Assembly (NCBI GenBank): GCA_032718475.1
Contig: JAUCBJ010001762.1
Span: forward strand, 43,876-107,875
DNA from: Nemertoderma westbladi
Lineage: Eukaryota > Animalia > Xenacoelomorpha
Direction: 5' to 3'
Length of the DNA: 64,000 bases
Under the pieces are notes generated by a model. That model saw nothing but the letters and a program-made list of their open reading frames with translations. It did not search any database and was not told the DNA's origin. Position numbers and translations under genes: made by a program. This document shows positions 1-11,681 of this stretch, piece by piece; the first letter of the stretch is position 1, and each line of letters begins with the position of its first letter.

Positions 1-1294
1 AGGGATCCCATTGAGAGACTGCTACGTGGAAATCAGAATGGGTTCCGTAAAGGTCGTGGGACCATGGAGCCCATTTTGGCACTTAGAAGGATAATTGAAG
101 AGTTATCAAAAAAGAAAGACAGGCATCTGGCTGTTATCTTTGTTGAATTCTTCAAGGCCTTTGATTCAGTCTCTCGCTCACGTATGTTCAGCATACTTTC
201 ATTATATGGGATTCCTGATGAAATTATTGCAGCAATCAGATCAGTATACGATGGTTCGACAACATTTGTGTCTACTGTTGACGGTGACACAGAACCATTT
301 GAAGTGTTATGGGGCGTCCTCCAAGGAGACACACTTGCACCATTCTTGTTCATTATTGTGGTTGACTATGTTCTACGCATGTCCTTAGATCATCATAATG
401 ATGATGGGGTGATGATAACTCCACCTACTGGCTCCAGAAGTCGAGGAAATCCTGCCAAGTACCTAACTGATCTAGACTTTGCTGATGACTTAGGAGTACT
501 CTCAGAATCATTAGAGGGAGCCCAGCGGCTCCTCAGCTCATTAGAACATGCTGCTTCTAGTGTTGGTCTTTTTATTAACTCCAGAAAGACCAAAATTCTG
601 ACAGTTAACTTTGAAAGTCCTCAGCAAGTCTCTGATCGGATGAGCATAAGCTCAAAGGATGGTATGCTTGAGCATGTGGACGACTTCTGTTACCTGGGAT
701 CATGGATCCGGAAGTCAGGTGAGGACCTTCGAATACGTAAGGGTAAGGCATGGGCAGCCTTGAATAGGCTTTCCAGGATTTGGAAGTCACCTAGAATTAA
801 TCGGAAACTTAAGGTCCGATTATTTAGAGCAGCAGTAGTTCCAGTACTCCTCTACGGGAGTCCATGCTGGGCTCTAACTGCTGAGGACACCAAATCTCTG
901 GATGGCACATTCACAAGAATGCTACGCCGGGTACATTGTGTCAAGTACAATGCACACATCTCCAACCAGACACTATATAACATTGGAGGTGTCTCATTGG
1001 TTCCCCCAAGCTTGACACTAGAACAAAATCGCCTCCGCTTTGCAGGACATTGCTTTCGCCGTGAGGACCAGCCAGTGCATAATCTTGTACTTTGGCAGCC
1101 TCATGGAGTGAATAAGCATGGTGGACAGCCCATGACTTTCTTGAGACGCATCTTAAAGGACACTGGCCTTAAAGATGCGGATGATCTAGCAAATGTCATG
1201 GGTGATAGGGAGTTGTGGCGGTGCAATTTTGTTGACAAGCCGGCACAGCATTCTTAAAAATGCAGCTGCAATGCAGCATGCCGATCCTAGTAGT
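1..1294 (+). mobile_element. RTE-clade non-LTR retrotransposon, 3' part (RT ORF 64..1257; runs off window start)
   Basis: RT motifs FFKAFDSV, GVLQGDTLAPFLF, FADD, FCYLGS; RTE-type C-terminus (RLRFAGHCFR ... DRELWR); 3' tail GCATGCCGATCC(TAG)n shared with the copies at 3416-3980 and 50700-54413. Confidence 0.92.
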
Positions 1295-2400
1295 AATTAT
1301 TGGGATGAACTCACATAGAATATCTTCAACGTTTATCCCGGGGGCGAAGTAACACGATATTACTACAAAGTCCCCAACAGATACAGCGATTACTGACTTA
1401 TTGGACACTATGACCTTTTGAAGTACATTGAGTTTCGCATTTATTCCAACTGTAATGCCGCCAACTGGGCGTCCTCTGGCAGGTTTAGCGCACGGAATAT
1501 TAAATGATGTGTATCCCGGAATAATCAGGTCAAGTTCCATTGTTTCAGTGAGCAGTAGAACATCGGTGTCACTGAGGGTGTTGTCCATAGTCGTATCCAT
1601 TGTCGATTGGAAACCTTCCACATTCCACACAACAAAGCTGATAGATTTACTAGGTACATTTGAGTCACAGGGAAGGTTCTCTGAGAACGGGAGGGCTGTG
1701 AGTAATACAACGTTTTCTGCTACATTATATCTACTGCATAGGGATTGATGCTTGAGTAAACTGGCATTATATCTGTATGGTTTCCCACATCCAATGCATA
1801 TAGTTTTTCCTGGGATCGACCGGGTGTTGGATTTTGTTGTGCTAGTTTTTACAGTTGATAAGTTCGAGGGTTCTCTTGTATCTTTGAGTCAGGTCGTTAT
1901 TCCAGTTGTTCGGTTGGCTCGCGGTCTAAGTTCATGCGATTCCCGCTCTTCATTCGAGAGGCGATAGTTTCGCATTACGCAATTTTCTTCCCAGTTTGCA
2001 GGATCCATTGGATTTGCGCGGTCATCTTGAGTGCATGTAATATGGAACGAGTTTGACACCTCGTCGTCGGACTCGGAATGCCTGTGCAGGGGTTGTGGCG
2101 TCACAAGCACATCCATGAACGGTATACCTTCATCTCTTAAGTACTGTTTGACGTTGTCGGCAGTTACGTTTTGATTAAACCTACCCACATAAATGTGGGC
2201 TAACTGCTGTGTCCTGACACGTTGGTCGACCCGGCGTGGCGCCACAGTAAGACTAGTGGCAGTCTTTGTGCCGCGACTTGCAGGTTGCCGTGGGTGTTGA
2301 TAACGGTTGTTCTCGGATACATGTTGCATGTAGTCAGCCGGCTGGGTTCCTTGACGTAGAACTGTTGACGGCCGATTCCCTACCGGGGTTTGGCACTCTG
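1295..2400 (-). mobile_element. LINE fragment: ORF1 C-terminus (RRM-like) plus in-frame zinc finger and APE endonuclease, truncated at the RTE copy
   Basis: ORF1 HIYVGRF...SFHITC...PANWEENCVMRNY; APE motifs VVWNVEG, LLLTET, GRPVGG, ISCYFAP; CIGC...HQSLC finger read manually in the same frame. Confidence 0.75.
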
Positions 2401-2448
2401 TGTGTCCATGTGACATGTGACATGTGACATGTGTCCATGGGTCCATGT

Positions 2449-2748
2449 GACACTGTATTAAAGAAGAGCAAAGTAACTTGCGGGAGTCGGTGTTTAAACT
2501 ATTTTTATTTCTCTATAGAAACCTAAGCCTACTGTTAACTTTCGAGAAAATGTTTTTCACTGTACTTTCTCCTGATAAGCAGGTATCCAATGTGGCGCCT
2601 AAATATTTAACTTCCTTTTTATTTTCAATCTTATGTCCATTACTAGTGACTTCAAACTTAGTTACCTTCTTTAACTTTCTTTTGGAACCAAACAAAATAC
2701 TTCCAGTCTTACCATAGTGAATGGATAGCTTATTATCAACCAACCACT
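2449..2748 (-). mobile_element. CR1/L2(Crack)-like RT C-terminal fragment
   Basis: WLVDNKLSIHYGKTGSILFGSKRKL ... VKYLGATLD; similar to WLIDNKLSLNIQKT...KYLGILID in the ORF at 60569-63874. Confidence 0.75.
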
Positions 2749-3402
2749 TGTAAGCGGATTCAATTCCGCCTCATTACCCACCAGAAAATGGGATAGTGGC
2801 ATTTTCAGCAATATGTTGGAGATACGAGATTAGCAATATTAATCTCATATCACAACCAACATTTGGGGGGGGGGGGGCAACACAAGCTCCAAAGCCACAC
2901 ACAAAGGAAGGTTAGAGGTCAAACCACCTCGGAGGGGACACAGCTAGTAGAGGCTAGCAGCAGAGGGGAAACACTCCCAGAGAGTGCAAGGGTGACAAGT
3001 AGCATATTAGCCAACAAGGGGGAGGAAAGCACATGATAGGGCACAGGAGAGCATCCATTAGGTAACAGGCCACAGTAGAGTAGGAGGTGTAGCAATATTG
3101 GTATATCAATCATATATTGTGTCCGATTTGGATTGCTAAGTCAGTTAGTTAGCTACTCAGTTTTAGTGCAGACCGGTAACAATTGTTCACCATCATCGGC
3201 TGTCATCATATACTATTACCGCTATCGATCATATACTATTATCTCTGTCATATATAATTGTGCTATTATATATTATAACATCAAGAAACAACATCAAACT
3301 CTGATCGCTTTTCTCCAACAGCCTCGGCCAAGCTATCAGTACCATCTCAAAGCCTACGGTGACGCGTATAACAATCTACCCGGTCGGAATCTCTGATCCC
3401 GT
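2749..3402 (+). repeat. LTR of BEL/Pao family A
   Basis: Begins TGTAAGCGGATTCAATTCC; near-identical direct repeat at 11682-12332; ends GATCCCGT like related LTR ends (GATCCCRTCACA). Confidence 0.85.
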
Positions 3403-3415
3403 GTGGACGTGTGGT

Positions 3416-3980
3416 CATGTGGACGACTTCTGTTACCTGGGATCATTGATCCGGAAGTCAGGTGAGGACCTTCGAATACGTAAGGGAAAGGCATGGGCAA
3501 CCTTGAATAGGCTTTCCAGGATTTGGAAGTCACCGAGAATTAATCGGAAACTTAAGGTCCGATTATTTAGAGCAGCAGTAGTTCCAGTACAAGAATGCTA
3601 TGCCGGGTTCATTGTGTCAAGTACAATGCACACATCTCCAACGAGACACTATGTAACATTGGAGGTGTCTCATTGGTTCCCCCAAGCTTGACACTAGAAC
3701 AAAATCGCCTCTTCTTTGCAGGACATTGCTTTCACCGTGAGGACCAGCCAGTGCATAATCTTGTACTTTGGCAGCCTCATGGAGTGAATAAGCATGGTGG
3801 ACAGCCCATGACTTTCTTGAGACGCAACTTAAAGGACACTGGCCTTACAGATGCGGATGATCTAGCAAATTTCATGGGTGATAGGGAGTTGTGGCGGTGC
3901 AATTTTGTTGACAAGCCGGCACAGCATTCTTAAAAATGCAGCTGCAATGCAGCATGCCGATCCTAGTAGTAGTAATAGTA
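3416..3980 (+). mobile_element. 5'-truncated RTE copy with internal deletion
   Basis: Near-identical to 673-1294 apart from a deletion after GTTCCAGTAC; same (TAG)n tail. Confidence 0.9.
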
Positions 3981-6435
3981 CTGTCTCAACTAAGGATGAG
4001 GTCCTGGAGATGAGGACGGGATGCACCGGGATGTGACTATGGGGCGACCATAGACCCCATTCAGATCATAGAATCGATCAATATTAATGCTAGGAGACCA
4101 ACTGACATCGAGGTCGAGCAGTACCGGTTCCTGGACGATATCGATTTTTCAATACCAGAGGTGGAATTCTCGAAGGTATCCATCATAGTGGGTATGGACT
4201 GCCCGTCGGCCCACTAAAGAGTACAGACGATCTTCGGGGAAGACAAACAGTGGGATCCGACAGCGATTCTCACGCCGTTCGGATGGATGCTTAGCGGCCC
4301 AATTAAAACTAAGATTCCACACAGGGTGTCGGAGACATCAGGGTGCATGCTACCAGGCACCGTTAAGGACGTAAAGGAGAAACCAGAGACTGTAGATGAG
4401 CTAGATGGGGAAGTAACAGCAAGAGTGTGGGCTGAGGAGAATGGATTCGACGCAGAAGACTTAGAGACAATGGGATGGAACTAGCAAGTATCGGTATGGG
4501 GATGGAGAGGAGTGGACGGCGAGATGTCCGGAGGACAACAGTCCGGAGGAGTGTCTGGAGGAGTGTCCAGAGGAGTGCCCGGAAGAGACGCTGGTCCGGT
4601 TGAGAGGCATACCGAGAAGGGGAAAGTCGAGTAAGAAGACAGGGTGGAGAGGGATAGGATTACTATTGTCCGTTCTGTTTTATCTATTCTTCCGATTTCT
4701 TTTCATTCTACCGGCAGGTGAAGACCAGATGAAGGGTGGCATTTTGCTGCCAGGAGATGAGGAAATCAAGAAGGCGGCGGAGAGACCCGATTTTAGGGTG
4801 GCGGAAGAGGGAGATCCAATTCCTGGTGAGTTGGAATTAGAGAAGAGAGTGTGGCGAAGGATTTGAAGACGTATAGGGTGGCAGTGGGACAGTGCCTACT
4901 GGAAGAAGGGGCACCTTAGAGTTTAGTCGTCCAATGTGTTGGACTGATGGGGTGGGAATGAGGGCGAGACGCCCTTCCCACACGCAGTAAGAAATAAAAA
5001 TAATTAAAAATAATTAAAATAATAAAATAATAAATAAGTACAAAGTTAGAAAGTAATACTTAGTAGAAGTTAGATAGTATGCTAGTAAATAAGTAGAAGT
5101 TAGTAAGAAAGTTAGTAAGTAGTTAGAAGTTACTAAGAAGTTAGAAGTAGGCAGTAAGGGAGTGTGGTATATTGACATGCCACGAGTAGCAGCAGAGGGG
5201 TTGTGGGCACTGGAAGCGCCACGTAGAGAGTAGTAGCAGAGGGGTTGTGGGCAGCGGAAGCGCCACGTAGAAAGTAGTAGTAGAGAGGTTGTGGGCACCG
5301 AAAGCGCCACGTAGAAAAAGAGTAGAGGGGTTGTGGGCACCGAAAGTGCCACATAGATAGAGGTAGTAGCAGAGTGGTTGTGGGCACCAAAAGCGCCATG
5401 TAGATGGAGGTAGTAGCAGAGTGGTTGTGGGCACCGAAAGCTCCACGTAGTTAGAGAGTTAGTAGAGGTAGAGAGTTAGTAGACTTAGAGGAGTCAGAGA
5501 GTTAGTAGAGTAGGAGTTAGAGAGTTAGTAGAGTTAGGAGTTAGTTAGAGTTAGTAGAGTTAGAGAGCTAGTTAAAGTTAGAGAGTTAGTAGAATTAGAG
5601 AGTTAGTAGTAAGTAGTAAGTAAGTAACTAGTAAGAGAGTTAGATAGTAAGTAGTAAGTAAGAAGTAAGTAGCAAGGTAGGTAGAATGATAGCACAGTGT
5701 AGTAGCATAAGAACTTGGCACCTTTGGGAGTGGTAGAGAGTACAGGAGCAGAGGGAGATATGGAGAGGAGGTGTTGGCGAGAGAGAGTGAGAGGAGTGCA
5801 ATTCAGAGTGAAGTTAGATAGAGTGGAGTGAAGTTAGATAGAGTGGAGTGGAGTTAGATAGAGTAGAGTGGAGTTAGAGTGGAGTTAGAGTGAGAAGTTA
5901 GAGTTCAGAGTGAGAGAGTTTTTAAAATTGTGTGAGGATTCCACAATTGTCTCAAACAGAGACGTCAGATGTCTTGGTGCAACATAGGTTGTGGTTGCAC
6001 CAAGAAGGGGTAGTAACATCATACCTAGAGGGGGCAGCCTGGAAAGCCGATTCCAAGTAAAAGAACTCCACCCCACACCCGATAGTAGATCGGGTTCCAG
6101 CGGAATTGAAGCCACTGAATGAAGGCCACAGTAGTGTAGGAATGGCTACATATATATTGTCAATGCACATTTGTTCAGTTACTCAGTCGTTAGTTCAATG
6201 CAGACCGGTGATATTCTTCACCGTCATCAATACATACCGGTACTGTTTTAGGAAACTATCATCATTCAGTTACTCAGTTTATTGTGCTATTATTATCAGG
6301 CCTATCATTATTAGAGAACATCAAGGGACAACATCGAACTCTTGTTATTTTATCACAATGGCTTCGGCCTAGCTACTATACAAACGGTGACGCATAGATT
6401 AACTTATCCGGTCGGGATCCCTTGATCCCATCACA
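3981..6435 (+). mobile_element. Fragment of non-autonomous BEL/Pao derivative (protease C-part, TM segment, 3' UTR repeats, partial 3' LTR)
   Basis: Collinear homolog of 39779-42570; VSIIVGMDCP...AILTPFGW; LTR end GATCCCATCACA at 6435. Confidence 0.8.
5178..5450 (+). repeat. Tandem array, about 6 units of 40-46 bp, core GGTTGTGGGCACCGAAAGCGCCACGTAG
   Basis: Directly visible; homologous array in reverse orientation at 40912-41370. Confidence 0.85.
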
Positions 6436-6436
6436 A

Positions 6437-8273
6437 GGGTAGACGAGATAAGGGCGATGACTGATTTGGAAAGGTGGCACTACTGCCCTACGGACGAGAA
6501 CCCAGCAGACTTGTTATCGAGGGGTGTGGCACGCCACACTTTCTCAAAGAAGGAAGTGTTGTGGCAGCACGGGCTACACTTCCTGAATGATAGATCGGCC
6601 TGGCCACCAATGAAGAAGGTGGAAGAGAGCTCAGAGGAAGTAGCACCAGGAGAAGAGGGAGAAGATTCAGAAGGAGAAGAGATATATAGTCAGATGGTGA
6701 GGGAGGTCAAGGAGGTGCAACCGAAATCAAAAGAGCCATGCGACAACCCGACGGATAGGTTACTCAGCTACAGCTCCAGCTGGTATAAGACCAAGAAGTT
6801 GGTAGCATACTGGAGGGCCTACGGGGATTTCCTCAAGGGAGTTGGCAAGGACGCCAAGAGGAAACCAAACATCGATCTGGAGGGAGCGGCCAAGGTCGTA
6901 ATATGGTACGAGCAGAGAAGGAACTACGCCGATGAAGTGGATCGAGTTAGCAAGCAACAACATCTTCGCCGGGACAGCGAGCTCAACGCACTGTCACCAC
7001 AACTAAACGATGACGGGATTCTGGTGATGAACTCCAGAGTGCTGAACAACAACAGCCTAATCATCCCACCAAAACCAGTAATCATCCCCAACAAATCGCC
7101 GATAGTCCACCAGATCGTTTGAGACTCCCACAAGTCGATATTACACAGAAGCACCAACCAGACCCTCACGGAAATACGTAGGACTTTCTGGATCACGCAG
7201 TTAAGGAAGAAGGTGAAGGAGGTAGTGGGGCAGTGCCAGACCTGCCGACGGACGAGAAAGGAGTGGGCCGTACAGGAGATGGCGCCATTACCGGTCAGTA
7301 GAGTGAGACAGCACGACCCGCCATTCACGCACTGCGGCGTAGACATGTTCAGGCCAATTAAGATCAAGGTGATGCGACACACGGAGAAACACTACGGCAT
7401 CATCTTCATATGCAACAACACGAGGGTGGTAGGAATAGAACTCGCTCAGGACGCTATGGCATCGGCATTCATTAATGCCTTAGAGAGATTTAGAGACCGC
7501 AAAGGTGGAACGATCGCAGTGATCTATTCCGATAATGGGACCAACTTTGTGGGAGCAGAAAACGAGTTGGCAGAGGCCTTTGACATCCTAGAAGGAGAAG
7601 ATGTCAGGGCGGCCATGAGGAGGCGACAGGTGAAATGGGAGAGGGGGACGCCGTATGCGCCACATACCCTAGGATGTGTAGAGATGCTTACCCACAAGCC
7701 TCTCTACACATCCTAGGGTATGTGGTGCATACAGTTCCAAGCGTCTGATAACGAAGTTGATGAACACCCACATGGTGACAGAGGACATACTAAGAACGGT
7801 GCTAGCTAAGTGTGAGGGAATCATTAATAGCAGACCGCTATACCCGGAGAATGACGACCCAGAATGACTAGATGTGTTAACACCGGGCCACTTTCTGATG
7901 GAAAGGCCGGCGACCATCGACATGCGGGGTATAGATCCATATGACATACACTCCCGACGGAGTTGGAAAGTCGCCAAGGCGATAAGCGCCGAGTACTGGA
8001 GAAAGTGGGTCGAGGAAAACCTACCCACATTACACAGGAGGAGCAAGTGGAGAAACACCACTAGAGAGTTGAAGAAAGGTGACTTGGTGATCGTCACTGA
8101 CGACACAATCATCAATAACCAGTAGAGACTAGTGAGAGTAGTAGACACTTACCCCGACGAGGACAGAAGAGTCTGATCGGTGGAAGTGCGGATAGGGGGT
8201 AAGATAGGAGCAAAGGACAGAAGACGTACAGGAGGGCTGTAGGGAAGTGCTGCCTATTAGAAGGGGCACCATA
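6437..8273 (+). pseudogene. pol: BEL/Pao pol: RNase H end plus integrase, disrupted
   Basis: WHYCPTDENPADLLSRG; H-x4-H ... CQTC; CGVDMFRP; YSDNGTNFVGA; INSRPL; LTPGHFL; ends YRRAVGKCCLLEGAP*; contains stops and a frameshift. Confidence 0.9.
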
Positions 8274-8499
8274 GAATTTAGTCGTCCAAGTGTTGGACTG
8301 AGGGGGTGGGATTGAGGGCGAGACGCCCTTCCCACACAAAATATAAAAAAAATAAAATAATAAAAGTAAAGAAGTGAAATAAAATAGAAAATCAGAAAGA
8401 GAAAGTAATAGTAGATAGTATGTAGTAGTAAGTAAGTAGGCAGATAGAGGTATAGGGAGTAAGAGAAACATACCACGGGAGTAAGAGGGTACATAGTAC

Positions 8500-9081
8500 C
8501 GTTAGAGTTAGAGAGTTAGTAGAGTTGTAGAGTTAGAAAGTTAGTAGAGTTAGAGTTAGAGAGTTAGTAGAGTTAGTAGAGTTAGAGGGTTAGAGAGTTA
8601 GAGAGTTAGTAGTGTTAGATAGTTAGAGAGTTAGTAGAGTTAGTAGAGTAAGAGTTAGAGAGTTAGTAGAGTTAGTAGAGTTAGATGGTTAGAGAGTTAG
8701 TAGAGTTAGTAGAGTTAGAGAGTTAGTAGAATTAAAGGGTTAGAGAGTTAGAGAGTTAGTAGAGTTAGAGAGTTAGTAGAGATAGAGTTAGAGAGTTAGT
8801 AGAGTTAGTAGAGTTAGAGGGTTGGAGAGTTAGAGAGTTAGTAGAGTTAGAGAGTTAGTAGAGTTAGTAGAGTTAGTAGAGTTAGAGAGTTAGTAGAGTT
8901 AGAGAGTTAGTACAGTTAGAGAGTTAATAGAGTTAGAGAGTTAGTAAAGTTAGTAGAGTTAGAGAGTTAGTAGAGTTAGTAGAGTTAGAGGGTTATAGAG
9001 TTAGAAAGTTAGTAGAGTTAGAGAGTTAGTAGAGTTAGAGAGTTAGTAGAGTTAGAGGGTTAGAGAGTTAGAGAGTTAGTA
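8500..9081 (+). repeat. Compound microsatellite (GTTAGTAGA/GTTAGAGA)n
   Basis: Directly visible; shorter versions at about 5450-5680 and (reverse) 40740-40900. Confidence 0.95.
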
Positions 9082-9105
9082 GGCGTCAGTTTAGAGTCAG
9101 TGGCA

Positions 9106-10956
9106 ATGGGCCAACTCATGGGGCTCGTCTGCCACAAGCCGATGGACTGAGGTAAATACAGAGAGGAGTACGGAGTGGAGCTGGCGAACTCGCTGAAGTG
9201 GGGAGCGAGGCCAGGGAAACAGGAGGTGTATCAGTTCTGGAGAGGAGCGATAAAGATATATCAGAAGCGATATATCCTACAGGAGGATTGGATAATGATA
9301 GGTTTGTAAAACCTATTCATGGCCGTGGTTATCGGAAGAGAGCCAACGGCGTTTCTGCTGTCAGGATCACCCCTGGACTACAGAAGAGCCTTCAAGGTGG
9401 CCTTCGAAGGTCTGGCAGACCACCCGGGGCTAAAGGGTGAGTCGGTATACTACAACTGCCAGCATCTAGTAGACAGGGAGGTGGATACACCATATCAGAG
9501 ATGGGAGAAGCTGGAGGCGGATAGTCTAGAGGAGAAGCAACTGGAAGTAGTCGCCAGACAAGAAAGGAGGGAGGCAGACGAAAGAGAGGCGGAAGCTAGA
9601 GGAGAGGACTACGGGTTCGAGGCCCAGAATTTGGACGAGTTATGGTGGGGATCAGGGAGCTCGGGCGAGTTTCTGGTGGAGGAGCTAGGATGGACGGAAG
9701 AATCGCCGAAACAGTCGACATCAGGATTGCAAGAGATGCCCATGCCAGTGGGCTCTGAGAGCGATTTCGTAAGGAAGAGACCGAGAGAACTGGAAGGATG
9801 GAAAGTTACGGGCAAGAGCCAAGGTGGGAAGGGACACAGTGGGTCTGCCGGGATACCGGGTTTGGATCCACTCCCAGCGGGGGATGATGATGACGACGAG
9901 TTTGGGGAGATGCCGCCCATCGAGAGGATCGGCCACTCAGACAAGGACTGGGTTGGAGGGAGAGTGGTTACGGCCAGCGGGGCGAGGGCCTTCTGGGATA
10001 AACCCGGCAAGCGAACCTGGGTGCACGAGGAGCCGGCGATGGATTTTGCGGGGAGCACCATCAGGTCGGGCAAGTAACCGGGAACGGCACCACGGGTAGT
10101 GTTTGGAGAGACAATGCCGAGGCGAGACAAGGACGTAGACATGGACAGGGATGTTAACATCCAGAAGTTTGCTTACCAACGGCTCCATAGACCTAGGAGA
10201 CCGCTTGGGGCAAAAGACGACTTGGGGCGGGATGTGTTGATACACGGCTGCAATTACTGTGGGAGGCTTACTCACCAGGAAAAGAGCTGTTTGTATCGAT
10301 TCGAGAAGGGGACAAGTTGCCTCTACTGCCGCGAGTCGAGTCATAGGATGGGGGCGTGTCCGAGGTTGCACAACCGGTGCTCTAAGTGTAACTTTCGAGG
10401 GCACTACGGACACCAGTGCGACTGGATGGACGACGAGGAGAAGTTTAAGATCTTCGAGGAGTGGGCTGACGTCTGCGTTATGACGCGACAGAGAATGAAG
10501 GCCCAGGAGTTCCGGTGGGGTTTCTTCAATATCAATCAGGAGGCCCATCTGGAAATTATTAAGTGGAGACTTCCGTTTACATACCAAGAAGTAGCGATGG
10601 CAGCACCGTATGGCGGGGTCATCTATACGCAGCGGTATTTGGATAGATGGGCACCGGAGAACAGAAGAGAGTTTAGAGATTTCCGGGCGGAGCATGTGCC
10701 GCGAACCATGAAGATGATCTTGTGGGACGCTACTAGGGGGAAGCAGGATGGGCATTCGGAAGGGCCACCTGCGAAGCATTACCGGGAGCTAATAACACCA
10801 GCGCCCAAAGAATCGACCATGGGAATTAGTAAGGCGGTAACGGCGAGAATGAGGAGTCTCAAAGAAGATAAGCCAGAGGGAAGGAAGCGACCCAGACAGG
10901 ATGACAATAGAGGGAAGGAACTGAGATGGTTCCCGAAGACGGGAGGAGCGAACTAA
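9106..10956 (+). pseudogene. Extra post-integrase ORF (about 616 codons, 3 in-frame stops) with three CCHC zinc knuckles
   Basis: ATG 9106 and ORFs 9319 and 10099 share one frame; stops at 9148, 9307, 10075; CNYCGRLTHQEKSC, CLYCRESSHRMGAC, CSKCNFRGHYGHQC. Confidence 0.75.
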
Positions 10957-11681
10957 GACTCGGAGGGGGAAATGTGGGGATGCCTGGAAGGCATCACATG
11001 TGAGGTAATACAAACTCCTACGTGCAAATTTAATAAAGTGCAATTAGTATGTACGTATGTAATAATCATAGAATATAATTAGAATCAATATAATCAAAGT
11101 AAGTACTATAGTCATGTAACCTTTTCCAACTAGTTACTGGGACTGGGGACCAATTGACTATACTAGGAGCACGGGACAGTAGACGAATCACTCTTTCTGA
11201 GTGCGATGGCACAAAAGGGGAGGCTGAGGCTCGTCAGGAGTAAGTGGAGTAAAATAAGTGTGGGTTGAGTAAAGGAACATGGGGGAGGAACGGAGAGGAG
11301 GTGTTGACTTGCGCAGAATGTAGACGGGTGCAATTCAAAATGTGGGGAGCGGGCAGTAAGAGAGAGAGTGAGGGACGATAGGGTCCATAGGATATAGAGC
11401 AAAGTGAAGTTAGAGTGAGTTCAGAGTGAGGTGATATAAAATTCTGTGAAAGGAGTCCACAATTGTCTCGAACAGAGACGTCAGATGTCTTGGTGCAACT
11501 TAGGTTGCGATTGCACCAATAATGGGTAGCAATATCATACCCAGAGGGAGCGGCCTGGAAAGCCGACTCCGAGAAAAGAACTCCGCCCCACACCCGATAG
11601 TAGATCGGCTTCCAGCGGAATTGAAGCGCACTTGAGGTTGATGCTATCTTCTCACTGGGAAGATAGCATGGGGGGGGGGAG

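Noticed and set aside
5014-5446. Hydrophobic ORFs over repeat arrays (also 8112-8494, 41039-41472, 58711-59205)
   Set aside because: Artefacts of strand-biased low-complexity sequence
5178-5450. CRISPR-like repeat-spacer appearance (also 40912-41370)
   Set aside because: Spacers are short, purine-rich and similar to each other; no cas genes; the array sits in a retrotransposon UTR
8500-9081. Interstitial telomere
   Set aside because: Units are GTTAGAGA/GTTAGTAGA, not tandem TTAGGG or TTAGG, and are tied to the LTR family
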